This document shows, piece after piece, positions 48,271-57,209 of a DNA stretch of 64,000 nucleotides. This DNA is from an uncultured delta proteobacterium (GTDB lineage: Bacteria > Desulfobacterota > Binatia > Binatales > Binataceae): positions 448,001 through 512,000 of the forward strand of contig CAVQEQ010000004.1 of assembly GCA_963711565.1 (NCBI GenBank). Reading direction: 5' to 3'. The notes below the pieces were generated by a model, which saw nothing but the letters and a program-made list of their open reading frames with translations, made no database searches and was not told where the DNA came from. The translations under genes and the position numbers were made by a program. The stretch's first letter is position 1. Each line of letters begins with the position of its first letter.

Positions 48271-49182
48271 GTGCCCGAAATAATTCTGCATCAATATGCG
48301 ACCTCGCCGTTCTCCGAGAAGATCCGCAAGATTTTCGCGCACAAGAAAATCACTTGGCGCTCGGTCGAGCAGCCCGTGATTATGCCGAAGCCCAAGCTGG
48401 TTCCGCTGACAGGGGGCTATCGGCGAATCCCGGTGCTCCAGATTGGCGCCGACGTATGGTGCGACACAGGCATCATCGTCAGGAAAATCGACGAGCTGAA
48501 ACCTGAGCCGACGATTTATCCCGGCGGTCTGACCGCCGCCGCAGACACGATGAATCAATGGGCCGATCGACGGCTGTTCTGGTCCACGACGCCCGTGATT
48601 TTCGAAAAGCTCGCGGCTGTGGTGCCAAAGGAATTCATCGAGGATCGCTCGAAGATGATGCAGGGTGCGGACTTCGGCGCGATTGCCCGCAGTGCACCCG
48701 ATTCGCGCAACCAGTTGCGCGCCTTCCTCGAGATCCTCGATCGCCAGCTTGCGACTTCGCCGTTCCTGCTTGGCGATTCGTTCAGCCTCGCCGACGCCGC
48801 CTGCTTCCAGCCGGTGTGGTTCCTGCGCGCTGAGCCGACCTCGTTTGGCCTCGCGCAAAAATTCACCCATCTCATGCGCTGGTTCGAGCGTATCGACGCG
48901 ATGGGTTACGGCGACGTGCGCCCGATGGATCCCGACGAGGCACTCAAGCTGGCGAAGGAGAGCACTCCCGCTACTGCCGAGAACGTTGACTCAAGAGATC
49001 CAAACGGCCTCGCGGCAGGAACCAGAGTCTCGGTAACCCCCGATGACTACGCCTTCGATCCGGTGACCGGCCGAGTAGTGGTCAGCACGATTCACGAGAT
49101 CGCAATAGAGCGCGACGTTCCCGAATTGGGAAAAATTGTGAATCACTTCCCGAAGATTGGCTTCCGAATCGCCGCAGCCTGA
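48271..49182 (+). CDS. Glutathione S-transferase family protein
   Basis: SPFSEK.R, PKPKLVPLTGGYRRIPVLQIGAD..CDT, SLADAA, HFPKIG. Confidence 0.88.
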   Translation: MPEIILHQYATSPFSEKIRKIFAHKKITWRSVEQPVIMPKPKLVPLTGGYRRIPVLQIGADVWCDTGIIVRKIDELKPEPTIYPGGLTAAADTMNQWADRRLFWSTTPVIFEKLAAVVPKEFIEDRSKMMQGADFGAIARSAPDSRNQLRAFLEILDRQLATSPFLLGDSFSLADAACFQPVWFLRAEPTSFGLAQKFTHLMRWFERIDAMGYGDVRPMDPDEALKLAKESTPATAENVDSRDPNGLAAGTRVSVTPDDYAFDPVTGRVVVSTIHEIAIERDVPELGKIVNHFPKIGFRIAAA

Positions 49183-49393
49183 CCGCCGTAGCCTGCAATC
49201 TTCTGTCGCGCACTCCGGCCTAGCCGCGTACAGCGGCAGCGCACAGTGCCGCCTATCGTAGATAAACGAATACTCAGTTAGGCACGAGCAATACTAAATA
49301 GGTAATCGACCTTATACTCATTATATAATTCGTTCGTATACACAATGAGAGTAGAGTGACTACTGGACGCGGGCCGAAACGGGGGTCGTCGCT

Positions 49394-52300
49394 TTGTCCA
49401 GACGTTTTTCGCCAGCCCTCTTCGCGGCGGCGGGAGCCTTGCTGCTTGCCGCCGGTGTCGGGGTGATTCTGTCTTCGCCGATGCGCGCGACGCCGCGATC
49501 GGCCCGCGCTAACATCAATGCGCCCGGCGCTTTGCACGCGCGCGATCGCGTGGCGCGCGAGGCATTCCTGCTCAGCCGTCGTGGCTTGAACTTTGGATTA
49601 CCGCAAGGTGCGTATCAAGAAGCAATCGCGCAGATGCGGCGGCAAGAGCGGGACGCGGCTGTAACCCACGACGATGCGAGCGGTGCGACGCCCGCGGCCG
49701 CTTCCTTCGCATGGAGTGCGCTGGGCCCGCTGCCGTTGATCGACGAGATTCCCACTTTCGGTGGAGTGGCAGTTGGAAGCGCTCTCGCGGGCGTCACCGG
49801 ACGAGTTACCGCGATTGTCGCGGATCCTACCGTCAGCGGACGCATGTTTGTCGGCACCGGCGACGGCGGAGTCTGGATGCGCGCCAACGTAACCGCCGCA
49901 TTCGTTCCGATATTCGATCTCGAGCCCACGCTGTCGGTCGGCTCGCTCGCGCTCGACACGACCACCAGTCCAAATCCAACGCTCTACGTCGGCAGCGGCG
50001 AAGGCAACGGCTCGTCCGACTCATACTATGGTGAGGGAGTATTCGTCTCGAGCGATCTCGGAGTCACGTGGACGCAGCTCGGCGCCGATGACTTTGCATT
50101 CGCGTCGATCGCCTCGATCGCGGTCGATACCACGCAGACGCCGCGCACAATCTATGCGGCAGTGACCTACGGCTCCAGCGCGAACCGGGCGGACGCGTCG
50201 TGGGTCGAGGGCGACTTCAGTCAAGACGGTCTGTGGCGCTCGAGCGACGGCGGCGAGTCCTGGATTCCATATCCTGCCGGGACCTTCGGCGCGTGCCCGT
50301 ACTTCACCGACGACCCGTGTCCCGCGGAATCAGTGGTGATCGATCCTGCGTCGCCGGCCGGCGTGCTCGTTTCGATTCTTGGTGTCGGCGTGTTCCGCTC
50401 GGCGAATTCCGGATTCAGCTGGACGCAAGCCAGCCTGCCCAACCTGACCGGCGGTATCGGCCGCGCGAGCGTCGCCGCCGCCAACGGTGTTGCGTATGCG
50501 ATAATCGGCGCGGCCGACGGTATCGAGTTCGCGGGCTTCTACACCTCGGCCAACGACGGCGTGACATGGACGCAGGCGTCGGTACCGAGCGCGACGGTCG
50601 GCGGCACGACTATCGACGGGTCGAACTCGAGCAACTTTTCGGAGTCGTTTTTCGATCAGACGATTGCGGTCGATCCCGCCGACCCGACCGGCGCAACCGT
50701 TGTGTTTGGCGGCGTCGGAATCTACAGCTCGACCAACGGCGGGAAAACCTGGACGTCGCTCGCGCCGAGCGGCGGAACCCATTCGGATCAGCACGCGATC
50801 GCGTTCGATCCCGCGAGCGCCCACAGTTTCTATCTCGGCAACGACGGCGGGCTCTATCGCTTCGCCGCCGGCACGCAGACGTGGGCGGCGCTCAATACGA
50901 GCATCGGAGTCGCGCAGGCGCAGTCGGTAGGTCCTCATCCGACTAACAGCAATGTCGTGCTGGCGGGATTTATCGACAACGGCACCGCGCTCTACAACGC
51001 CACGCAGCCGCCGGCGTCGAGCTGGAGCGAGGTGGACAACCTCGACGGCGGATTCGCCCTGTTCGACCTCGTCAATCCGCTGTTCGCCTATCACTCGTTC
51101 GCGACCACTGCGGCCGGGCCGTGGGTCTCGCGCTCGACCAACGGCGGCGCCACCTTCAGTTCCGCCGCTTCGAGCGCGGCGCTGCAGACGGCGATGGCGA
51201 CGGCGGGCGACCCCGGTGCGGCTTATTTCCCGCCGCTGGCAAGCGACCCGGCCGTCGCCGAGCGCGTCTTATTCGGCGCGCATTCGGTTTACGTCTCGAA
51301 TGACGGGATGGCGACGTGGGCACAGCAGACGACGCAGGATTTGACCGGCGGCTGCAACAGCGGCGAGTGCGCGCTCGAGGATCTCGAGATCGCGCCGTCC
51401 GACGACACCAAGGCCTACGCGCTCGCGATGGAGACCAGCACGACGTTTCGTCCGACGCCGTTCCAAATTTTCACCACCGACCAGGCCAACCTTCAGGTCA
51501 GCGCCGCCCAGCCCGGTGGCGCCGAGTGGATCGACAAGACCTCGCAACTGCCGCCGATCGTATTTCCCAACGCGACGCAGGCGACCGGAATCGCCGTTGA
51601 CCCGTTCCTCTACAGCACCGCCTGGCTCAGCCTTTCGGGGTTCACGGCGGCGACCGGCATGGGCCACATTTTCGTGACGACCGATTTCGGCGGCACCTGG
51701 ACAGAGGCCGATGGCAATCCGACTCTGCAGAGTCCGCCGCCGGCGAATGCGCTGCCCGACGTTCCAGTGTTGCGATTAATTGTCGATCGCAACGACCCCA
51801 CGGCCATGACCGTGCTGGCGGCGACCGACATTGGCGTCTTCAGAACGACCGACGGCGGCAACACCTGGGCGCCGTTCAACCTCGGTGTAATTCCCGCCGT
51901 CGCCGTCTTCGATATCGAGCAGAATTTGAGCGGCGTGGTCTTCGCGGCCACTCACGGCCGCGGGATATTCGAGCTGTCCGGCGAGGGCTCGCCCGGCTCG
52001 ACGCCTGTGGCAACGCCGACTGCCGCCGCTTCCGCAACCGGCACGCCTACGCCGACCTCGTCAATCACGGCGACTGCGACGCGCACCGGCACTCCGTCAC
52101 CGACCGGGACGCCTACTCCATCCTCGACGCCCACCGCGACCGCGACGCCCACCGCAACTTCAACCCGCACTGCGACCGCAACCGCCACCTCCACCGCTAC
52201 TGCGACCGTGACCTCAACCGCGACCGGGACGCCTATCGCGACCAGCACGGCGACCGCAACGCTCACGCCGACGCCGATGCCTACTGTGGCGGCGGTGCTG

Positions 52301-52606
52301 GCGGTCTCGCCAAGCTCAGCCACCTTCTCCGCGAAGTTGGGCAGGAAGAGCAAGGCGAAAAAAGTTACCGCGGCCAACCAGGGCAAAGTGTCGATTTCGC
52401 TGATGGGCGCGCAGGTGACCGGCGACTTCGCACTCTCGAAGGTTTGCGGCTCGACGCTGAAGCCAAAAAAGAAATGCACCTACTCGGTGGTCTTCGCTCC
52501 GACCGCGACAGGAGTCAGCTCCGGCACCCTCACGATCAACAACAACAGTTCGAGCGGCCCGCGAACGGTGGATCTGTCGGGAACCGGCCAGCAGCCGGCT
52601 AAGTGA
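49394..52606 (+). CDS. Large secreted BNR/Asp-box beta-propeller protein with Thr/Pro linker and C-terminal ASH/choice-of-anchor-D-like Ig domain
   Basis: N-terminal hydrophobic segment; repeated S.DGG.(T/S)W boxes; HSDQHAIAF; ATHGRG; TPTAT linker; C..TL.P..KC...V.F.PT..G...GTLTI. Confidence 0.8.
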   Translation: MSRRFSPALFAAAGALLLAAGVGVILSSPMRATPRSARANINAPGALHARDRVAREAFLLSRRGLNFGLPQGAYQEAIAQMRRQERDAAVTHDDASGATPAAASFAWSALGPLPLIDEIPTFGGVAVGSALAGVTGRVTAIVADPTVSGRMFVGTGDGGVWMRANVTAAFVPIFDLEPTLSVGSLALDTTTSPNPTLYVGSGEGNGSSDSYYGEGVFVSSDLGVTWTQLGADDFAFASIASIAVDTTQTPRTIYAAVTYGSSANRADASWVEGDFSQDGLWRSSDGGESWIPYPAGTFGACPYFTDDPCPAESVVIDPASPAGVLVSILGVGVFRSANSGFSWTQASLPNLTGGIGRASVAAANGVAYAIIGAADGIEFAGFYTSANDGVTWTQASVPSATVGGTTIDGSNSSNFSESFFDQTIAVDPADPTGATVVFGGVGIYSSTNGGKTWTSLAPSGGTHSDQHAIAFDPASAHSFYLGNDGGLYRFAAGTQTWAALNTSIGVAQAQSVGPHPTNSNVVLAGFIDNGTALYNATQPPASSWSEVDNLDGGFALFDLVNPLFAYHSFATTAAGPWVSRSTNGGATFSSAASSAALQTAMATAGDPGAAYFPPLASDPAVAERVLFGAHSVYVSNDGMATWAQQTTQDLTGGCNSGECALEDLEIAPSDDTKAYALAMETSTTFRPTPFQIFTTDQANLQVSAAQPGGAEWIDKTSQLPPIVFPNATQATGIAVDPFLYSTAWLSLSGFTAATGMGHIFVTTDFGGTWTEADGNPTLQSPPPANALPDVPVLRLIVDRNDPTAMTVLAATDIGVFRTTDGGNTWAPFNLGVIPAVAVFDIEQNLSGVVFAATHGRGIFELSGEGSPGSTPVATPTAAASATGTPTPTSSITATATRTGTPSPTGTPTPSSTPTATATPTATSTRTATATATSTATATVTSTATGTPIATSTATATLTPTPMPTVAAVLAVSPSSATFSAKLGRKSKAKKVTAANQGKVSISLMGAQVTGDFALSKVCGSTLKPKKKCTYSVVFAPTATGVSSGTLTINNNSSSGPRTVDLSGTGQQPAK
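51990..52290 (+). repeat. Low-complexity Thr/Ala/Pro/Ser linker coding region
   Basis: TPTPTSSITATATRTGTPSPTGTPTPSSTPTATATPTATST...; degenerate at DNA level. Confidence 0.75.
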
Positions 52607-53138
52607 TAGCGCGATACTCGCTCTCGAGAATCCCCATCACGATCGTGTCGCGATATCCGCCGCGGTAAAACCGATCCTCGCGGAGCACGCCCTCGCGCTT
52701 GAATCCGCATTTTTCGTACGACGCGATCGCGCGTTGATTGTAGTCGTACACATGCAGCCAGAGCCGATGGAGATTCATCTTGTCGAATCCAAGACGCAAC
52801 ATGACGCGCATGGCGTCGGTGCCGTAGCCGCGGCCCCAGTAAGACTTATCGCCGATCGTGATCCCGAGACCGGCGCTGCGATTCAGCCAGTTGATCGCGT
52901 GAAACGCGGTACCGCCGAGATATTTGCGGTCTGCCAGAGTCTCGATCACGAAGCTCTTGTCGGTGTCCGAAGAGTTCGCGGCCGCCTCGATAAACTTTTC
53001 CTCCGCGATCGACGACACCGGATAGCTCAGCATCCCGCCGGCCAGAAAATCTATTACTTCCTCGTCGTTGATCCACTTCATTATCGAATCGAGATCCGAA
53101 TTCTCGTATGCCCTCAGCCTGACCAGCTTGCCTTCCAT
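52599..53138 (-). CDS. RimJ/RimL-type GNAT acetyltransferase
   Basis: YWGRGYGT.A, NLHRL.L.V..YN.RAI..YEKCGF..EG; AAGGAG RBS. Confidence 0.88.
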   Translation of the reverse strand: MEGKLVRLRAYENSDLDSIMKWINDEEVIDFLAGGMLSYPVSSIAEEKFIEAAANSSDTDKSFVIETLADRKYLGGTAFHAINWLNRSAGLGITIGDKSYWGRGYGTDAMRVMLRLGFDKMNLHRLWLHVYDYNQRAIASYEKCGFKREGVLREDRFYRGGYRDTIVMGILESEYRAIT

Positions 53139-53158
53139 GTCGATCTCCTTGCGTCCAC

Positions 53159-53195
53159 AAAAAAGAAAGGCGGCCCGATTTCCGGGCCGCCTCTC
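53159..53195 (-). terminator. Rho-independent terminator after acyl-CoA dehydrogenase
   Basis: Minus strand aggcggcccg-gaaat-cgggccgcct followed by ttctttttt. Confidence 0.75.
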
Positions 53196-53218
53196 GTCGA
53201 TTACTACGTTGAAAGTTG

Positions 53219-54424
53219 CTAGCCCTTGGGCAATCCGAGCACGCGCTCGCCGATGATGTTGTGCTGGATTTCGCTGGTGCCGCCCGCGATCGTCAGCGCC
53301 CGCGACGCCAGCATCCGGTACGACCACTTGCCCTTGTCGAGCGCATGCGGCGCCTTGAATTCCATCTGGCTGTACGGCCCCAGCATCTCCATCGCGAACT
53401 TGTTCATCCGCAAATTCAGTTCGCTGGTGCATAGCTTGAGCACCGAGCCTTCCGGCCCCGGCGGCAGACCCTTGAGCCTGCGCGTCAGTTGGCGAAAGCC
53501 CGTGTAGCGCAGCGCGGCCGCCTCGCACGCGAAACCGCCGAGACGCTGGCGCACGCTGGTGTCTTCCCACGCCGTGTGCCCGTTGCTGCGGACGCTCTTC
53601 GCGAGATCGACCAGCTCCCTGACCTGGCCCATCATGTCGCGCCCGCCGCCGATTCCCGACCGCTCGAACATCAGCGTCGTGATCGCGACCTGCCAGCCCT
53701 GGTTCTTCTCGCCGATCAGATTCTTCTTCGGCACCTTCACGTCCTCGAAGAAGACCTCGTTGAAGTTCGCGTCGCCGGTGATCTGCACCAGCGGGCGCAC
53801 GGTTACACCGGGACTGTGCATATCGACCAGGATGTAGCTGATGCCCTTGTGCTTGGGCGCTTCGGGATCGGTGCGCACCAGCAGGATACACATGTCCGCG
53901 TGATGCGCGTCCGACGTCCACACCTTCTGCCCGTTGACGATAAAGTAGTCGCCTTCCTCGACCGCGCGCGTCTGCAGACCTGCCACATCTGACCCGGCGC
54001 CGGGCTCGGAATATCCCTGGCACCACAGCTCGTCGGCCGAGAGAATCTTCGGCACGTGCTTTTTCTTTTGCTCCTCGGTGCCCCAATGGATGATCGTCGG
54101 ACCGACCAGCATGATGCCGAGTCCGTTGACCAGCATCGGCGAATTAACCTTCGCGAGCTCCTCGTTGTAAATGATCTGCTGCGTGAGCGTCGCGCCGCGG
54201 CCGCCGTACTCCTTGGGCCAGCCGATTCCGACCCATCCGCCCGCGTGCATCTTCTTGTGCCACTCGAGCCGCCGTTTCCAGTCGTCGGCGCTGCTCTCGC
54301 GCATGAACTCGCCTTCGCTGTCGCCGCCGCCCTCGGTCTTGCCGGCCTTGGGCAGGTTGGCCTTGAGCCAGCCGCTGAACTCCGCGCGAAACACCTCGTC
54401 TTCGGCGCTGAACTTGAAATCCAT
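53219..54424 (-). CDS. Acyl-CoA dehydrogenase family protein
   Basis: WPKEYGGRG, WCQGYSEPGAGSD, NGQKVWTS, FNEVFF.DV.VP, TIAGGTSEIQ.NII.ER.LGLP. Confidence 0.92.
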   Translation of the reverse strand: MDFKFSAEDEVFRAEFSGWLKANLPKAGKTEGGGDSEGEFMRESSADDWKRRLEWHKKMHAGGWVGIGWPKEYGGRGATLTQQIIYNEELAKVNSPMLVNGLGIMLVGPTIIHWGTEEQKKKHVPKILSADELWCQGYSEPGAGSDVAGLQTRAVEEGDYFIVNGQKVWTSDAHHADMCILLVRTDPEAPKHKGISYILVDMHSPGVTVRPLVQITGDANFNEVFFEDVKVPKKNLIGEKNQGWQVAITTLMFERSGIGGGRDMMGQVRELVDLAKSVRSNGHTAWEDTSVRQRLGGFACEAAALRYTGFRQLTRRLKGLPPGPEGSVLKLCTSELNLRMNKFAMEMLGPYSQMEFKAPHALDKGKWSYRMLASRALTIAGGTSEIQHNIIGERVLGLPKG

Positions 54425-54539
54425 TAATTCCTCCGATGGGGACTCGCGCGATGCCAACTTCCTGGCCGCGCCCACGACGAGCGTCAGCCGGCGGCCGCGG
54501 TCCCTAACGCTTGTTATATAGAACGCGCGCGCAGGCCAT

Positions 54540-54992
54540 TCAAGAACGCGAATAAACGTCCGGGTTCACGATTTCCATCATGATCGGCGACGGATTATCG
54601 ACCGGCTTGAAGCCGAACTGCGCATACAGCCCGTGCGCATCGCGCGTGCCGAGACTCCAGCGCCGCAGTCCCTGCAAATCCGGATGCGCCATGATTGACG
54701 CCATCAGTTCTTTGCCGAGTCCGCGCTCGCGGTAAGGCTCGAGGATGAAAACGTCGGCGATGTACGCGAACGTCGCGAAGTCGGAGATGATGCGTGCGAA
54801 ACCGACCTGCTCGGTGCCGTCGTAAACGCCGAAGCATAGCGAATTTTCGATCGAGCGCACGACGGTCGCACGCGGAATTCCCGCCGCCCAGGACGAGCGC
54901 GCGAGAAACCGGTGAATTACATCGATGTCGAGCTTCGATCGATCGGTACTGATAAGGAATCTGCCCATCTCCATCACCACCATCGCTGTCAT
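54540..54992 (-). CDS. GNAT family N-acetyltransferase
   Basis: SLCFGVY, QVGFAR.ISD.ATFAYIADVF, R..GLGK.L, T.DAHGLY.QFGF. Confidence 0.88.
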   Translation of the reverse strand: MTAMVVMEMGRFLISTDRSKLDIDVIHRFLARSSWAAGIPRATVVRSIENSLCFGVYDGTEQVGFARIISDFATFAYIADVFILEPYRERGLGKELMASIMAHPDLQGLRRWSLGTRDAHGLYAQFGFKPVDNPSPIMMEIVNPDVYSRS

Positions 54993-55717
54993 GTGACTCT
55001 TGCTCCTCGGTTCAAGGGCAACAGATACTCCGTCACGTGCACCGGCATCGGTGTCGAGCCATCGAGCCGCGCGTCGGCGACCGGCGCCAATGTCTTCATC
55101 GCAAACGGAATCTGTCCCGCCCAGATCGGCATCGCATAGTCGGCTTCGTCATCGAGCGGGTCGCCGCTGCGCAGTTTCGCCGACGCCTCGACGATTGGAA
55201 TCGACAGAACCGATGTGGCTGCCAGTTCCTTCTCATTGGGATGCCGAATATGGTCCCAGCGGCCCGGTGCCACGTGATCGATCAGCCCCTTCATCACTAC
55301 GAACTTTTCAGCCGGGTCGGTGACCAAAGTCCCCGCGCCAAGGATCACCACCGAACGGTAATTGACCGAATGATGGAACGCGGAGCGCGCGAGCACGAGG
55401 CCGTCGATATGCGTCACCGTGACTGCGATGGGCGTCCCGTCGACCGCGGCGCCAAGCATTCGGCTCGCGGCCGAGCCGTGAATGTAGAGCCGGTCGGCGA
55501 TACGGACGTGCAACGTGGGAATCACGTAGGGTTGCCCCTCAAGCGCAAAACCGACGTGGCACACGAGCGCGGTATCGAGAATCGAATAGATGGCGTCGCG
55601 GTCGTACGACGCGCGCTTGGGGATGCGCTTGACGCGGGTGCGCGCGGTCGGCGCGACCGCGTTTTTCGGTGAATCCAACCTGTCCGCCCGCACCGACCGG
55701 CTCTGTATCTCTTCCAT
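54989..55717 (-). CDS. Pyridoxamine 5'-phosphate oxidase-like flavin-binding protein
   Basis: RASYDR..I..ILD...CHVGF, HGS.ASRM, DGLVLARSAFHHSVNYRSV, SAK.R.G.P.D. Confidence 0.88.
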   Translation of the reverse strand: MEEIQSRSVRADRLDSPKNAVAPTARTRVKRIPKRASYDRDAIYSILDTALVCHVGFALEGQPYVIPTLHVRIADRLYIHGSAASRMLGAAVDGTPIAVTVTHIDGLVLARSAFHHSVNYRSVVILGAGTLVTDPAEKFVVMKGLIDHVAPGRWDHIRHPNEKELAATSVLSIPIVEASAKLRSGDPLDDEADYAMPIWAGQIPFAMKTLAPVADARLDGSTPMPVHVTEYLLPLNRGARVT

Positions 55718-55732
55718 CTGCCTCGCCTCTTT

Positions 55733-55747
55733 GTTACAGTACGTAAC
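55733..55747. promoter_or_regulatory. Palindrome GTTAC-N5-GTAAC, candidate operator of the MocR regulator
   Basis: Lies in the 31-bp gap between the divergent starts at 55717 and 55749. Confidence 0.35.
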
Positions 55748-55748
55748 T

Positions 55749-57077
55749 ATGAACGTATCGGTACAATATCAAATCCGCGGAGATTCAAGCAACCAGATCG
55801 CCGCCAGCATCGAAAATGGAATCCGCGCCGGCAAGTTGCAGGTCGGAGAACGGCTGCCGACCGTGCGCGCGCTGGCCACCAGGCTCCGCGTCAGCCCGAC
55901 TACCGTGGCAGCGGCTTACAACGCGCTGCGCGTGCGCGGGTTGGTGCACGGCTCGGGCCGTCGCGGGACGGTCGTCAACCGCCGGCCGCCGTTGTTGACG
56001 CGCGCGATCTTCCCGCCGCCCGCGCCCGGTCTGCGTAATCTCGCGGAAGGCGGTCCGGACCCGGCGATGCTGCCCAAGCTTAAGCCGTATCTCGCGCGGC
56101 TTGATGGGATACCCGGCAAATACGGCGACGCGGAGAATCGTGCCGCGCTAATTAAACTTGCAGCGCGGCAATTCAAAAGCGACGGCGTCGCGGCCGACTC
56201 GATTGCCGTCGTCAGCGGCGCGCTCGACGCCGTCGAGCGGGTACTGCAGGCGCACCTGCGGCCCGGCGACATCGTCGCGGTCGAAGATCCGAGCTACACC
56301 GGCGTGCTGGACCTAGTGGCGGCGCTGGCTCTCGTGACGGAGCCGGTCGCGATCGATGATTCCGGACCGATTGCCGCGGATTTGAGGCGCGCGCTCAAAC
56401 TTGGCGCGAAGGCGTTCATCCTCACGCCGCGCGCGCAGAATCCCAGCGGCGCCGCGCTCGATCGCAAACGCGCCGGTGAGTTGAAACATGTGCTCGCCGC
56501 GTTTCCCGATGTCGTGCTGATCGAGGACGATCACGCGGGTCCCGTGTCCGGCGCGCCCGCGATCACGTTGTCGGCGGGGCGCGAGCTGTGGGCGACGGTG
56601 CGGTCGGTGTCGAAGTCGCTCGGCCCCGATTTGCGCGTGAGCGTGATGGCCGGCGACGCGCTGACCGTTGCGCGAGTCCAGGGGCGGCAGAGTCTTGGCC
56701 CGCGATGGGTCAGTCATGTCCTGCAGGACCTCGTCGCGATGATGTGGGCCGATGCCGCGACGCCGGCGCTCTTGCAGAAGGCTGCCGACACTTACGTGCA
56801 TCGCCGGCGCGCGCTGATCGAAGCGCTCGCGCATCACGGAATCGAGGCGCGCGGGCGCTCGGGCCTGAACGTCTGGGTTCCGGTCGCGGAAGAAGCAGGG
56901 GTGGCGAACGCGATGGCGGCGAAGGGATGGGCGATTCGCGCCGGCGAGTGTTACCGAATCAAAAGCCCGCCCGGAATCCGCGTGACGGTATCGACCCTGC
57001 CCCCCGAAGACGCGCACAAGTTCGCCGCCGACCTGGCCGAGTCGATACGGCCGCGCACGCGTGCGCAATCGGCGTGA
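55749..57077 (+). CDS. MocR-type (GntR wHTH + PLP aminotransferase-like) regulator
   Basis: G.RLPTVR.LA..L.VSP.TV.AAY, EDPSY, QNPSG, IEDDH, SVSKSLGPDLR. Confidence 0.9.
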   Translation: MNVSVQYQIRGDSSNQIAASIENGIRAGKLQVGERLPTVRALATRLRVSPTTVAAAYNALRVRGLVHGSGRRGTVVNRRPPLLTRAIFPPPAPGLRNLAEGGPDPAMLPKLKPYLARLDGIPGKYGDAENRAALIKLAARQFKSDGVAADSIAVVSGALDAVERVLQAHLRPGDIVAVEDPSYTGVLDLVAALALVTEPVAIDDSGPIAADLRRALKLGAKAFILTPRAQNPSGAALDRKRAGELKHVLAAFPDVVLIEDDHAGPVSGAPAITLSAGRELWATVRSVSKSLGPDLRVSVMAGDALTVARVQGRQSLGPRWVSHVLQDLVAMMWADAATPALLQKAADTYVHRRRALIEALAHHGIEARGRSGLNVWVPVAEEAGVANAMAAKGWAIRAGECYRIKSPPGIRVTVSTLPPEDAHKFAADLAESIRPRTRAQSA

Positions 57078-57209
57078 GCACAGGGACAAGTCCGCGCACC
57101 CGGGTTTGGCGGGATACGGGGCAAAGTGCGAGAATGGCGGTGCATCGGCGCCGATCCGCCTCGTGGTTAGGCGAACCGAACGAAGTGTGGGCGACGATCT
57201 TTACCGCAC

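Noticed and set aside
47533-48870. 445-aa ORF suggesting a nitroreductase fusion; likewise 52599-54086, 40670-42136, 37603-38616 and 2526-3650 extensions
   Set aside because: The N-terminal extensions overlap other genes or intergenic structure; the recognisable domains begin at downstream start codons.
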